A stretch of DNA of 44,656 bases from a virus. Its lineage: Duplodnaviria; Heunggongvirae; Uroviricota; Caudoviricetes. Positions within the stretch are counted from its first letter, which is position 1. Each line of letters opens with the position of its first letter. A program made the translations under genes and the position numbers. The notes beneath the pieces are model-generated. The model was not told the DNA's origin, made no database searches, and saw nothing but the letters and a program-made list of their open reading frames with translations. The DNA lies in the IMG/VR virus record IMGVR_UViG_3300045988_024106; one strand, given 5' to 3'. Below are positions 1 through 7,849 of this stretch, in pieces.

Positions 1-85
1 ACGGAAACCGACTTAGCGGAAGCAATTGAAAGCCTGGAGAAGTTACGGGAGTACCGAAGTAATATTGATGAGTAAGAAAAAAAAG
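1..85. repeat. 85-bp terminal duplication, identical to 44572-44656 (circular closure or terminal redundancy)
   Basis: Direct comparison of the first and last 85 nt of the window; contains the 3' end of the CDS that starts at 44416. Confidence 0.9.
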
Positions 86-108
86 CCCCTTTCGGGGCCT
101 TAGTTTTA
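76..108. terminator. Bidirectional rho-independent terminator between convergent genes
   Basis: A-run, GC hairpin gcccc-tttc-ggggc (85-98), then T-rich tail; sits between the end of the plus gene (stop at 75) and the stop of minus CDS 106..1272. Confidence 0.7.
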
Positions 109-1272
109 TGCGTAGGTGATACGCTGGATAACAATAGACGACTGGTACTGATTGCCAGTAGCCTGACCTTCAATGGACTGAGTGATTGACTCAGGTCCGC
201 CAATCTCTGGTGTTACCGCTGTAAGCTCTGCGCGTTTCAAACTGAAAGACATAGCTCCGTTTACCCCCGCCAGAATAGAGTTAATCTCTACCTGCTGCTC
301 GTTGATAAACTTCTGAATCATCGCCATGTCATACAGCTTACCGGAGATGGAGAAGGTGTTAGCCGCGCGGCTACGCTCCACAAATGCTACGCTAGTGTTA
401 CCAAGTTCGAACTGCGCGGACGCGCTGTTGTCGTTGGTGATGGTGAGGCTGTCGCAGCGCAACGGCGTAGAACCATCGAACACGGAAACGTCAACCGAGG
501 AGAACGGCTCGTCACCAAACGTAACAGAGGAGAAATCAGAACCAGACGGCGGCTCGGTGAGAATTTCCTGGCTACGCCCGATGAACGGGAAGCTGCCAGT
601 TACCATCGCGTTAACCGCCTGTTCAACGGTAAAACCAGAAACTTCCACGCCTTTGGTAAGCGTGTACGCGGCAGTCCCGCCACATTGGCCTTTGTACCAG
701 GTGAGAATAGAGAACGTCTTACACTGGCTACCCGTCTCCAGCTTATCCCCGGTCTTAGCCGCGGTAGTGGCAGTCTCTGTGGTCAAAGTGTGCTGGATAC
801 CGGCACCGGTGACAACAGTTGCGCTTACCTCGGTTACGATAAACGGTTTGGTGTTATCACCGGTTAAGTCGGTAAACGCAATCAGGTCGCCTACTTCCAC
901 ACCGTCAGTAATAAAGCTGCCATCAGCACGGGTGAACGTCTTGCCCGCCGGTGCGACGGTAATTGACAGGTCAGTCAAGGATACACCTGATTGCCACGTA
1001 GAGCCTAAAGCACCCGCCAGCCAGTCGTCCTGGCTTTTCGAGCTTAGCTCGATAGCGTATTCACCGCTAACCTGTTTGTTACCGGTGCGGATGGATGTAG
1101 TTTCACGGCTGCCGTCCAGTTCGTTGGAGGTCAGCGTGTCGCGGGTGATGGCGGGAACACCGCCAGTGTTACGCAACGGCGACCAGACAGGGTTAGTCGG
1201 TGTTACGCCCGGGGTGACTTCCGCCACATAGAATTGCGCGGTAGTCGCGCCCTTAAAAGGAGTTGTAGCCAT
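106..1272 (-). CDS. Major tail (tube) protein, putative
   Basis: 388-aa ORF; ATG at 1270-1272 preceded by AAGAGG (track start at 1278 is GTG); last gene of the head-tail shaft operon, followed by a strong terminator; Thr/Gly-rich structural composition. Confidence 0.55.
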   Translation of the reverse strand: MATTPFKGATTAQFYVAEVTPGVTPTNPVWSPLRNTGGVPAITRDTLTSNELDGSRETTSIRTGNKQVSGEYAIELSSKSQDDWLAGALGSTWQSGVSLTDLSITVAPAGKTFTRADGSFITDGVEVGDLIAFTDLTGDNTKPFIVTEVSATVVTGAGIQHTLTTETATTAAKTGDKLETGSQCKTFSILTWYKGQCGGTAAYTLTKGVEVSGFTVEQAVNAMVTGSFPFIGRSQEILTEPPSGSDFSSVTFGDEPFSSVDVSVFDGSTPLRCDSLTITNDNSASAQFELGNTSVAFVERSRAANTFSISGKLYDMAMIQKFINEQQVEINSILAGVNGAMSFSLKRAELTAVTPEIGGPESITQSIEGQATGNQYQSSIVIQRITYA

Positions 1273-1274
1273 AT

Positions 1275-1688
1275 TCACAGCCTCTTGGTGAATGCAATAA
1301 AGTTAATTGACAATGGCCGTTTGGCCCATCCGTTTTCTACAATCAGCGGCCCCAGGCTAACCGATTGAACCTCGGCGCAGATGTCGTTACGTGAAAATGA
1401 CTTGCCTGCTTTAAACGCCGTGTTAAGTAAGTCTGCCATTTTATTGATTGGCGCGCTACCTTTCGCCGATGCGTAGTTAATGTCGACCTGATAGATACCA
1501 GAGCGTTGCTCGGTGAAGAACAAATCCGCCTGTTCCGTATCCGCCAGCAACATGTAACTCGCCAGATACGGCGTATCTGTTGACGTCGGCGCGTCGATGT
1601 TTTCAAGCGCAACCTTGATGCCGTTTGCGTTCCCGAAGGCTACCAACGGCACATCAAACGCTTTGGTTAAGTCCTCAAAGTAGCCCAT
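1275..1688 (-). CDS. Tail completion / tail terminator-like structural protein
   Basis: 137-aa ORF immediately upstream of the major tail gene, coupled to its neighbours; assigned by position only. Confidence 0.45.
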   Translation of the reverse strand: MGYFEDLTKAFDVPLVAFGNANGIKVALENIDAPTSTDTPYLASYMLLADTEQADLFFTEQRSGIYQVDINYASAKGSAPINKMADLLNTAFKAGKSFSRNDICAEVQSVSLGPLIVENGWAKRPLSINFIAFTKRL

Positions 1689-2083
1689 TATTTCACCTTG
1701 TTGGCTTCTTCATTAATGAGTTGCTGGAAGCGAGACACGTTAGTCCTGACCATCCCGGCGGGCGCTTGCTGCGACCAACCATACTCCAGTCGTTGTGCAT
1801 ACGGCAGATTATTTGTCAGCGTGAACTCGCGCCAGTCGGTGGCTTTCAGTACGAAACCTGTAGCGTTTCCGATTGCTATGTTTCCTGATTTATCCGTAGC
1901 GTCCGTAATCCCGGAAGCAGGAGTACCGCCAGATGCCATCCAGTTCATACGAAATCGGCCTGTATCTACCGGACTCGCCTTTATGATAGCGGAAAACAGC
2001 TTGATAGACACCTGACGCATCACCTTCTCTGGGTTCTTCTTCGCCTTTTCCACGAACTTAGAGACATCAAGCGCGAAACTCAT
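1688..2083 (-). CDS. Head-tail connector protein (HK97 gp10-like neck protein)
   Basis: 131 aa; contains VDTGRFRMNW, resembling the HK97 gp10-family signature; position between head and tail genes. Confidence 0.5.
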   Translation of the reverse strand: MSFALDVSKFVEKAKKNPEKVMRQVSIKLFSAIIKASPVDTGRFRMNWMASGGTPASGITDATDKSGNIAIGNATGFVLKATDWREFTLTNNLPYAQRLEYGWSQQAPAGMVRTNVSRFQQLINEEANKVK

Positions 2084-2439
2084 TTTCTCACCTGGATAAA
2101 GTATGCCACGACATCATCGTTAACCATCTTCTTCTCAATGGCTACGACAGACCATTGCTCGCCGCCGAATTGCACCTTGTCTTCCATCTTCGGTACAACA
2201 CTGCAATCCGCTTTAACAATCATGTCGCCAGCCTGAATCGTCGTACCGTTTACCAGTCCCGCGTTTACCGGAACCGGAACCGCCTTCAACGGCAACACTT
2301 CATCCGCAGACCAGACGTACTCACCGAGAACTTCATCCCACACTTTCGAGCCAGCACGAACCAGAGATACCGTGCTACCGAATTTGGTTAGCAGACGTGT
2401 ACCCACGCCTTGCATACGTTTACTGAAAGCGGTGCTCAT
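2080..2439 (-). CDS. Head-tail adaptor / head completion protein, putative
   Basis: 119 aa from ATG at 2437-2439 (RBS AGGTG); the track ORF 2080..2520 begins further upstream at a non-ATG codon; position in the connector cluster. Confidence 0.4.
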   Translation of the reverse strand: MSTAFSKRMQGVGTRLLTKFGSTVSLVRAGSKVWDEVLGEYVWSADEVLPLKAVPVPVNAGLVNGTTIQAGDMIVKADCSVVPKMEDKVQFGGEQWSVVAIEKKMVNDDVVAYFIQVRK

Positions 2440-2533
2440 TTTAACACCTCTTGCAGCGTCAAAAGAACACCGTAACTGTGCAAGACTACCGCGGTAAGAA
2501 AACCAAAAACTAAACCACATGCGAACTTATTCA

Positions 2534-3148
2534 TCAAGCGGCCTCCAGTCTCGAGATAACCAGTAGCGCCGACGGTGCCGTGCCCCATGAGGTTACTGTA
2601 GCCGCTTGTGGGTATACACCGCCGAAGTTGGCCCCGGCGCTATCCCGCATAATCTGAACGGCAAACGTCTGGCCTGCGGTTGGGTTAATAACGACGCGGG
2701 ACTCAATAGGAATTGTTATGTCGGCGCTGACTATTTTTGTGGCAGCGGGAGAGCCGTACTGAGCACCGTTGATGAGGATGCGCGATAACAGGATAGATGT
2801 ACCGCTCGCTCCAGTGCGCCCCGCCTGTAACTTGATGCGGACGGCATAATTACCCGCGGTGTTGAACGTAACCAGCCCCGCAGCATTAAGCATTACCGGG
2901 TCAGATGCGCTACCCTGAGCAGAGCCGAAAGTTAACTGCAATGCTGTATCTACTGCGGCGGGCGCTTGCGCTACTGTTGACGCTGCGCGGAGAACTTCAA
3001 CCTCTTTAACACCGGGAGTGGCGTAAATAGGTGAGTCCGCCATCTGGGTTAATACCCCGCGCAGCTTCGCTGGCGTGATAAGTCCGGTCGTGTTGTCTGG
3101 TAGCTCGGAACCGATTAGCGTGAATATCTCTGTTTTAGTATTCGCCAT
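2534..3148 (-). CDS. Virion structural protein (connector region), function unknown
   Basis: 204-aa ORF in the structural operon; Ala/Gly/Thr-rich; no motif recognised. Confidence 0.45.
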   Translation of the reverse strand: MANTKTEIFTLIGSELPDNTTGLITPAKLRGVLTQMADSPIYATPGVKEVEVLRAASTVAQAPAAVDTALQLTFGSAQGSASDPVMLNAAGLVTFNTAGNYAVRIKLQAGRTGASGTSILLSRILINGAQYGSPAATKIVSADITIPIESRVVINPTAGQTFAVQIMRDSAGANFGGVYPQAATVTSWGTAPSALLVISRLEAA

Positions 3149-3150
3149 TT

Positions 3151-3663
3151 TTAACCCCGGTACACGTTAAACGAGAAGCCATTGTTAAGACCGCCGCACA
3201 GTAACGGGCGTAAGGCGTCGTCCGCAGCCGTAATCGCGGTCGTAGCGCCACTGTTGCCGTTGTTGAAGTAGGTCACTGTCACTGCACCCTCGACACGCTC
3301 AGTCTGCACGGAACGGCCGTCTGAGTTAGCCCGCACTTCGGTGCCTGCGCCATACGTAACTGCGGCGATTACCTGCGCAAGAATTATCTGTTTCGGGATA
3401 ACACTGTTCGCTACAGGGAAGCCATTTAACGTTACGCCGGTGCGGGGATACGCAAGAGACTGTTCTGCCGACACTCGTCTACCGCACATCTGCGGTTCTG
3501 CAAGCCCGACATAAGTAGCGCCGTTGCGCAAGGCCACCTCTGCTGCGGTATCGTCTTCCGGTAGCTCAAGGCCATAATTAGCCGCTAACGCGCGGGCGTC
3601 AGCCAGGCTAATGTAACTGTCAGCGCCAGGTACGATTTCTCCCGTTTCCACGATTAGCGGCAT
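3151..3663 (-). CDS. Virion structural protein (head-tail joining region), function unknown
   Basis: 170-aa ORF, translationally coupled to flanking structural genes. Confidence 0.45.
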   Translation of the reverse strand: MPLIVETGEIVPGADSYISLADARALAANYGLELPEDDTAAEVALRNGATYVGLAEPQMCGRRVSAEQSLAYPRTGVTLNGFPVANSVIPKQIILAQVIAAVTYGAGTEVRANSDGRSVQTERVEGAVTVTYFNNGNSGATTAITAADDALRPLLCGGLNNGFSFNVYRG

Positions 3664-3666
3664 AAA

Positions 3667-3846
3667 TTATTCCTCTGACTTACGGCGACGACGCTTAGTA
3701 CCGCCGCCGTTGTTGTGCGCTTCTTCGCTGTCCGGTTGGGTTGCAACCAGCTCGTCCGCTTCTACAACACCGCGAACTGGTATCACCTGACCGTCAACAA
3801 TATCAACGTGGGTGTACTTTTCGCGGATTACGTAATTATCTGCCAT
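3667..3846 (-). CDS. Small protein with basic C-terminal tail (59 aa)
   Basis: ATG at 3844-3846 preceded by AAGGAAAGG; ends ...GGGTKRRRRKSEE; not in the ORF track (<60 aa). Confidence 0.35.
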   Translation of the reverse strand: MADNYVIREKYTHVDIVDGQVIPVRGVVEADELVATQPDSEEAHNNGGGTKRRRRKSEE

Positions 3847-3882
3847 GACCTTTCCTTATTACGGCCCCGAAGGGCCGTTGCA

Positions 3883-4233
3883 TTAAGACACAGTTGCTAC
3901 AGTGCTGCCGGAGATAATATTACCATACACATCCTGCACGACCACTTTATACGTACCAGAATCGGTGGTAGCGAGCGAAGTTTTCTCGTAGGTGGCGGCG
4001 TTAGCACCAGGGATAGCGTTGTTATCTTTGTACCACTGGTATGTGTACGGGGCCAGACCGCCAGTTACGGCTACGGTAAGAGTCATCGTCTTCCCCGTAG
4101 ACCCGGTAGTGGTAGCGGCAAGTGCGGTAGAAAAAGATGCGGGCGAGATATTCGCCATATCGATTTCAACCTGACCATCGGCAGGAGAATCATTAGAAAC
4201 ACCAGTAATACGACGTTTAATTACATCAACCAT
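3883..4233 (-). CDS. Ig-like domain protein (putative capsid decoration/accessory)
   Basis: 116 aa; C-terminal YTYQWYKDNNAI...GTYKVVVQD resembles a bacterial Ig-like domain; downstream of the capsid gene. Confidence 0.5.
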   Translation of the reverse strand: MVDVIKRRITGVSNDSPADGQVEIDMANISPASFSTALAATTTGSTGKTMTLTVAVTGGLAPYTYQWYKDNNAIPGANAATYEKTSLATTDSGTYKVVVQDVYGNIISGSTVATVS

Positions 4234-4245
4234 TTTTAAGCTCCT

Positions 4246-4533
4246 TTAGCCTACAGTTCCTGCGTTTTTAAGCGCAGTCAACAGGTCTGCTACGGTAGTG
4301 TGCAGCGCGGTAACATCAGTTAGAAGTTTGTCGTGCTCCGCTACAAGCGCATCGAACTCCGCCTTAGTCGGGTCCGCCACGGCCTGAACCCCAGCGGCGG
4401 CGGGTGCAGCTACAGTAGCTGACTTTTTAACCCCACCAACTACGCTGGTAGTAGCGGGCGTGACTGGGATATCCAGGTCGCCGAAGTCGACATTCTGAAG
4501 GCCGCGCGGCAAGCCTTTTCCGGTCTTAGCCAT
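4246..4533 (-). CDS. Small structural protein, function unknown
   Basis: 95-aa ORF with RBS AAGAGG, immediately downstream of the major capsid gene and its hairpin. Confidence 0.45.
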   Translation of the reverse strand: MAKTGKGLPRGLQNVDFGDLDIPVTPATTSVVGGVKKSATVAAPAAAGVQAVADPTKAEFDALVAEHDKLLTDVTALHTTVADLLTALKNAGTVG

Positions 4534-4540
4534 AAATTAC

Positions 4541-4576
4541 CTCTTAGTAAATGAAAAGAGGGACCGAAGTCCCTCT
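4541..4576 (-). terminator. Terminator/attenuator hairpin downstream of the major capsid gene (minus strand)
   Basis: Hairpin agaggga-ccgaag-tccctct (4557-4576) followed on the minus strand by the T-rich tttcatttac. Confidence 0.5.
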
Positions 4577-4592
4577 CGATTATATATTAACC

Positions 4593-5642
4593 TTAAGCCC
4601 CGACACCAGTTACCAGGAAGGCAATCGGTACATGCTTACGGTCAACAACACGGTTCCAGTTGGAGGCGTTCGCCAGGTCCTGCCAGGAAGCAGAGCGAGC
4701 GACAGTCTCAGTGCCGTTGCCGGTGATTACCGCGCTGGTGAAGCTGTAGCCCAGTGGGTGCAACAGCCAGGTCTTACGGGTCCACAGGGTTTCGACGCCA
4801 CCACCGTTACCGCGGGACGCTTCGCGTTCGTATTCCAGCGGGTTAGACGGATTGCCTTCACCGTAACCGATAGCGCCGTTGCCGAAGATGATGGAGATGA
4901 ACTTACGGCTTTGGCCGGTACCAACTACGGTCATGCTGTCGTCAACAATCACGCGGTAACCCTGGTAGGTGGCGAACAAGGTGTCGTTGTCAGCGTCTTT
5001 GATGAAGTCAATAAGCTGCTGCTTACGCGCCTGCGCATAAACGAAGCTGTGCATCGCGATAGCGCCCAGCACTTCGCCACCGTTACCCATCAACGCATCA
5101 CCCATAGTCTGGGTAGCGTCAATGAACGCACCTGCGTCGAAGCCCAGAGAAGCAGACACGTTGATAACCATATCGTTCTGCTTGTGGTAGTCGTCGTCAG
5201 CGGTTACGTTGTCGTTGTACAGACCGAGCGCGGTAGCAATCAGACGGCGTTGTGCCTGACGCTGCCAGAAGTTATCCAGACGAGAAGCCACAGATTGCAG
5301 CGGGTTCTGACTGGTCAGTTCGACCGTCAGGTCTGCCTGACCAAAACCTTCGTTCAGGTACGCAACGCGGGCCATCATCTCGCCAGTCTGCACATTACGC
5401 GGAGTAGCGATGTCCTGATACACATCGTTCGAGTAGTTAGGCTCGATAGAAGTATCAATCGCTTTCCAGAAAGGAATGTTGGCGATGTTGGACGGGCCAC
5501 GAGCGATCTCAGCGGCGTACGGAGTCGGGGTCAGAATACCGGACTGGAAGAACGCGGTTTTTTCTACCGGGTCTTCGGTCATATAAGACGCCAGGACCGG
5601 GATGTTGCCAGTTACGATATCGCCGATAGTGGTAATTGCCAT
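4593..5642 (-). CDS. Major capsid protein
   Basis: 349-aa ORF directly downstream of the scaffold gene, tightly coupled; size and position typical of HK97-fold capsid proteins. Confidence 0.75.
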   Translation of the reverse strand: MAITTIGDIVTGNIPVLASYMTEDPVEKTAFFQSGILTPTPYAAEIARGPSNIANIPFWKAIDTSIEPNYSNDVYQDIATPRNVQTGEMMARVAYLNEGFGQADLTVELTSQNPLQSVASRLDNFWQRQAQRRLIATALGLYNDNVTADDDYHKQNDMVINVSASLGFDAGAFIDATQTMGDALMGNGGEVLGAIAMHSFVYAQARKQQLIDFIKDADNDTLFATYQGYRVIVDDSMTVVGTGQSRKFISIIFGNGAIGYGEGNPSNPLEYEREASRGNGGGVETLWTRKTWLLHPLGYSFTSAVITGNGTETVARSASWQDLANASNWNRVVDRKHVPIAFLVTGVGA

Positions 5643-5644
5643 TA

Positions 5645-6346
5645 TTATTTCCTCAGGGCTTTAAGTTGCCGTTCAAATTCGGCAGGGTTCGATTTATACA
5701 GAGCCAAACGCTCCGCTTCACTCATGTCTTTAAACGCTGGTGCGGCCCCGCCGCCTTTGCCACCGGAAGCCCCGCCGCCGGAAGCTGCATTTGCTTTAAT
5801 CAAATGCGAAAACGCTTTGTGTTCACGCAGGTATTTGCGGAACTGTTCCGGGTCAGTCGTGATTACGTTGCCATCTGCGCCAACAAACTTAGTAACCACA
5901 TCATCGCCTTCGAACTCAGTCTTAACGAACGGCGCAAGAATGTCCACTGCTTCCGGGGTGATAAAGTCACCCGCGAAAGAGCCTAACACTGCTTTACGTT
6001 CGCTGCCGAGGATGCGCTCTGCCATTCTGGAGATGCGACCATCTTTCTCGGCTAACACCGGGTCATACTGGCTACGAATCGTCTTTTCGAACTCGTCCAT
6101 CTTACCAGCGGCTTTTAACGCCTCCTGGTGTGCGCGCTGCCGTTCTTCTTCGGCCTCTTTTGCTTTACGGGCGGCTTCTTTCTTCTCCGCCAGCAACGCT
6201 TCCTGATTGGCCTTAAGACCGGCTACTTCTTTCTCAATCAGCGCCTGAACTTCTTCAGCGGTGAACATTTTCGGCGCGTCACCGCCGCCAGATTTATCTT
6301 CTGCCCCAGCTTCTTCCTGGAACGGATAACGTAAAAAACGATTCAT
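5645..6346 (-). CDS. Head scaffolding protein
   Basis: 233 aa from ATG at 6344-6346 (track start at 6400 is TTG); Ala/Glu/Lys-rich predicted coiled coil; immediately upstream of the capsid gene. Confidence 0.65.
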   Translation of the reverse strand: MNRFLRYPFQEEAGAEDKSGGGDAPKMFTAEEVQALIEKEVAGLKANQEALLAEKKEAARKAKEAEEERQRAHQEALKAAGKMDEFEKTIRSQYDPVLAEKDGRISRMAERILGSERKAVLGSFAGDFITPEAVDILAPFVKTEFEGDDVVTKFVGADGNVITTDPEQFRKYLREHKAFSHLIKANAASGGGASGGKGGGAAPAFKDMSEAERLALYKSNPAEFERQLKALRK

Positions 6347-6428
6347 AGTCAGTATGTCCCCTGGACGTTGGAATCCGGGCCACCCGGATTTACATGTCAA
6401 GAATAAATTATTCCAACATGCAAGGCAA

Positions 6429-6692
6429 CTATTCCAGAATATTCCGCACGTAATCCTGCAACATGAACACTTTCAGTCTCAGTTGCCGTACACATTCGGC
6501 GTTCCGAACGTCAATAGCCAAATCCTCGTCAGCGTCACTACTTGGCGGCGCCAGTTTGCACGGCGGCTGCATCATCGTCGTATCCGGGGATGGAATTGGC
6601 GTTTGCGACGGCGCGGGACTTGAGCAGGACGTGAGCATCATCGAAAGTGCACACGCTGCGGCCAGGCGTTCTAATGTACTTAACGACTTCAC
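6429..6692 (-). CDS. Rz1: o-spanin (Rz1-like outer-membrane lipoprotein)
   Basis: 87 aa; signal peptide ending in lipobox LTSC, Pro-rich mature part; GTG start with RBS GAGGTG; overlaps the 3' end of the Rz-like gene in another frame. Confidence 0.6.
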   Translation of the reverse strand: MKSLSTLERLAAACALSMMLTSCSSPAPSQTPIPSPDTTMMQPPCKLAPPSSDADEDLAIDVRNAECVRQLRLKVFMLQDYVRNILE

Positions 6693-6924
6693 GGGTAATC
6701 ACCTCTGATTTCGTCTTGCCTTCGTTGTCAGCAGCGGCTGCCTTTGATTCGTCCTGCTGCTGCCGTTGTGTTTTCTTCGCTAACTCGGCCTGCGCTTCTT
6801 GCTGTTGCTGTGAAACGAGATTCGCCCGGCCTTCGTTCCAGCCGCTGCGGTATTGAAAGTAGCCGTGTGCGTAAGCCAGGATGATGAAACATGCTCCAGC
6901 TACGACAGTTGCTTTAAGATTCAT
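6538..6924 (-). CDS. Rz: i-spanin (Rz-like)
   Basis: 128 aa; N-terminal transmembrane segment (KATVVAGACFIILAYAHGYF) then Gln/Glu-rich coiled coil; RBS AAGGAG; overlapping Rz1 partner. Confidence 0.65.
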   Translation of the reverse strand: MNLKATVVAGACFIILAYAHGYFQYRSGWNEGRANLVSQQQQEAQAELAKKTQRQQQDESKAAAADNEGKTKSEVITREVVKYIRTPGRSVCTFDDAHVLLKSRAVANANSIPGYDDDAAAVQTGAAK

Positions 6925-6940
6925 GTTTCTCCTTTCTCGA

Positions 6941-6968
6941 TAAGTAAAGCCCCGCCATAAAGCGGGGC
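6941..6968 (-). terminator. Terminator-like hairpin ~20 nt upstream of the Rz start (minus strand)
   Basis: gccccgc-cataaa-gcggggc (6949-6968); minus-strand tail TTTACTTAT; lies between element R1 and Rz. Confidence 0.45.
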
Positions 6969-7034
6969 GCTAGTCCTTATCATTTAAACATAGAAACGGC
7001 GTAATCTCAGTAAACCCGTTACTTTTTACACAAG

Positions 7035-7177
7035 CAATAGAGTATGGCCCTTCCGAACGCGTCAGCGTAACTACACTCAGGACTTACGTCCCGCTCCGCT
7101 ACCTGCCCGCGCCGCGGTCGCTTGTTCATACTTCACAAGCTCAGGTGGAGCTTAGCATATTTTCAGTGAAAAGTCAA
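7035..7177. repeat. Element R1: ~145-bp structured intergenic element, paralogous to R2 (20251-20395); candidate sRNA/regulatory element
   Basis: Alignment by eye to 20251-20395; core 7112-7160 differs from 20330-20378 by one base; contains hairpins gcttgt-N9-acaagc and aagctc-N5-gagctt. Confidence 0.6.
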
Positions 7178-7242
7178 CTATTCGAATAGTTTATTCCAAC
7201 ATTTACAATTCGGTGGAATAACTGGAATACGTAAATAAATAG

Positions 7243-7276
7243 TTTACAGACACCAACATAATAGGGTACCATTCGG
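7243..7276 (+). promoter_or_regulatory. Promoter/operator box (P-box) upstream of the mini-clamp gene
   Basis: tttacagacaccaacataatagggtaccattcgg; related to boxes at 9398, 42810, 18253(-), 20065(-); holds a TATAAT-like hexamer and an imperfect AATAG-N4-CTATT palindrome. Confidence 0.55.
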
Positions 7277-7299
7277 ATAACTTAAACAGGAGATGTAAA

Positions 7300-7821
7300 A
7301 TGGTTGCCACAGTAATTACTTTTCCCGCGTATGTAGGGGCGAAAATCTGCAGGGCTAAAAATGATGTACGCTACTATCTGAACGCTTTTTACATAGACCC
7401 GGAAGGATTGATAGTGTCTACGGACGGCCATAGATTGTTCTGCGACAATGTTAAGACAAACGTTGAGAATGGGGCTCTCATAGACATAAAAGGGAGAGAG
7501 CCTTCTAAATTTAACTACGCGGAAGTAGACCACGACAACGGCAGTGTATCTTTCTATGACGATAGTCGTGCGCTTATATGTACACTTCCGGTGGATGTTG
7601 TAGACGGAAAATTTCCTGACTGGCGACGTGTGGCGCACATCACGCCGGGGGCAGTTGATAGCATAGGATTTACCATGCCCTACTTGGCAGACGCGCACAA
7701 GATTTCTAAGGCATACAAAAATGAAATTGCTCGTTTCGATTTCCAGGACCAAACCAGAGGATGCAAAATATCGTTTTCAAACACTGCATTTATGGTGCTA
7801 ATGCCAGCGCGATTTAAATAA
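7300..7821 (+). CDS. Truncated beta-sliding-clamp (DnaN-like) protein, moron
   Basis: 173 aa; DVRYYLN...STDGHRL, VDGKFPDWRRV, IGFTMPYLAD and C-terminal MVLMPARFK match conserved E. coli DnaN domain II/III segments (from memory); RBS ACAGGAG; own promoter and terminator. Confidence 0.6.
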   Translation: MVATVITFPAYVGAKICRAKNDVRYYLNAFYIDPEGLIVSTDGHRLFCDNVKTNVENGALIDIKGREPSKFNYAEVDHDNGSVSFYDDSRALICTLPVDVVDGKFPDWRRVAHITPGAVDSIGFTMPYLADAHKISKAYKNEIARFDFQDQTRGCKISFSNTAFMVLMPARFK

Positions 7822-7827
7822 AACTAA

Positions 7828-7848
7828 GGCCCCTTAACGGGGCCTTTT
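7828..7848. terminator. Bidirectional rho-independent terminator
   Basis: ggcccc-ttaa(c)-ggggcc hairpin followed by TTTT; A-rich on the opposite side; between convergent CDS 7300..7821 (+) and 7850..8311 (-). Confidence 0.7.
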
Positions 7849-7849
7849 A

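Noticed and set aside
326-1231. 301-aa plus-strand ORF
   Set aside because: Antisense to the major tail protein gene; Ser/Pro/Val-rich low complexity; no translation signals.
4551-6206. 551-aa plus-strand ORF, the longest unannotated ORF in the track
   Set aside because: It is entirely antisense to the well-supported major capsid and scaffold genes, has Arg/Ser/Val-rich low-complexity composition typical of antisense frames in GC-rich coding DNA, and has no RBS or promoter; treated as spurious.
7282-7752. 156-aa minus-strand ORF overlapping the clamp-like gene
   Set aside because: The plus-strand ORF 7300..7821 has an RBS, a promoter box, a terminator and DnaN-like motifs; the minus ORF has none of these.
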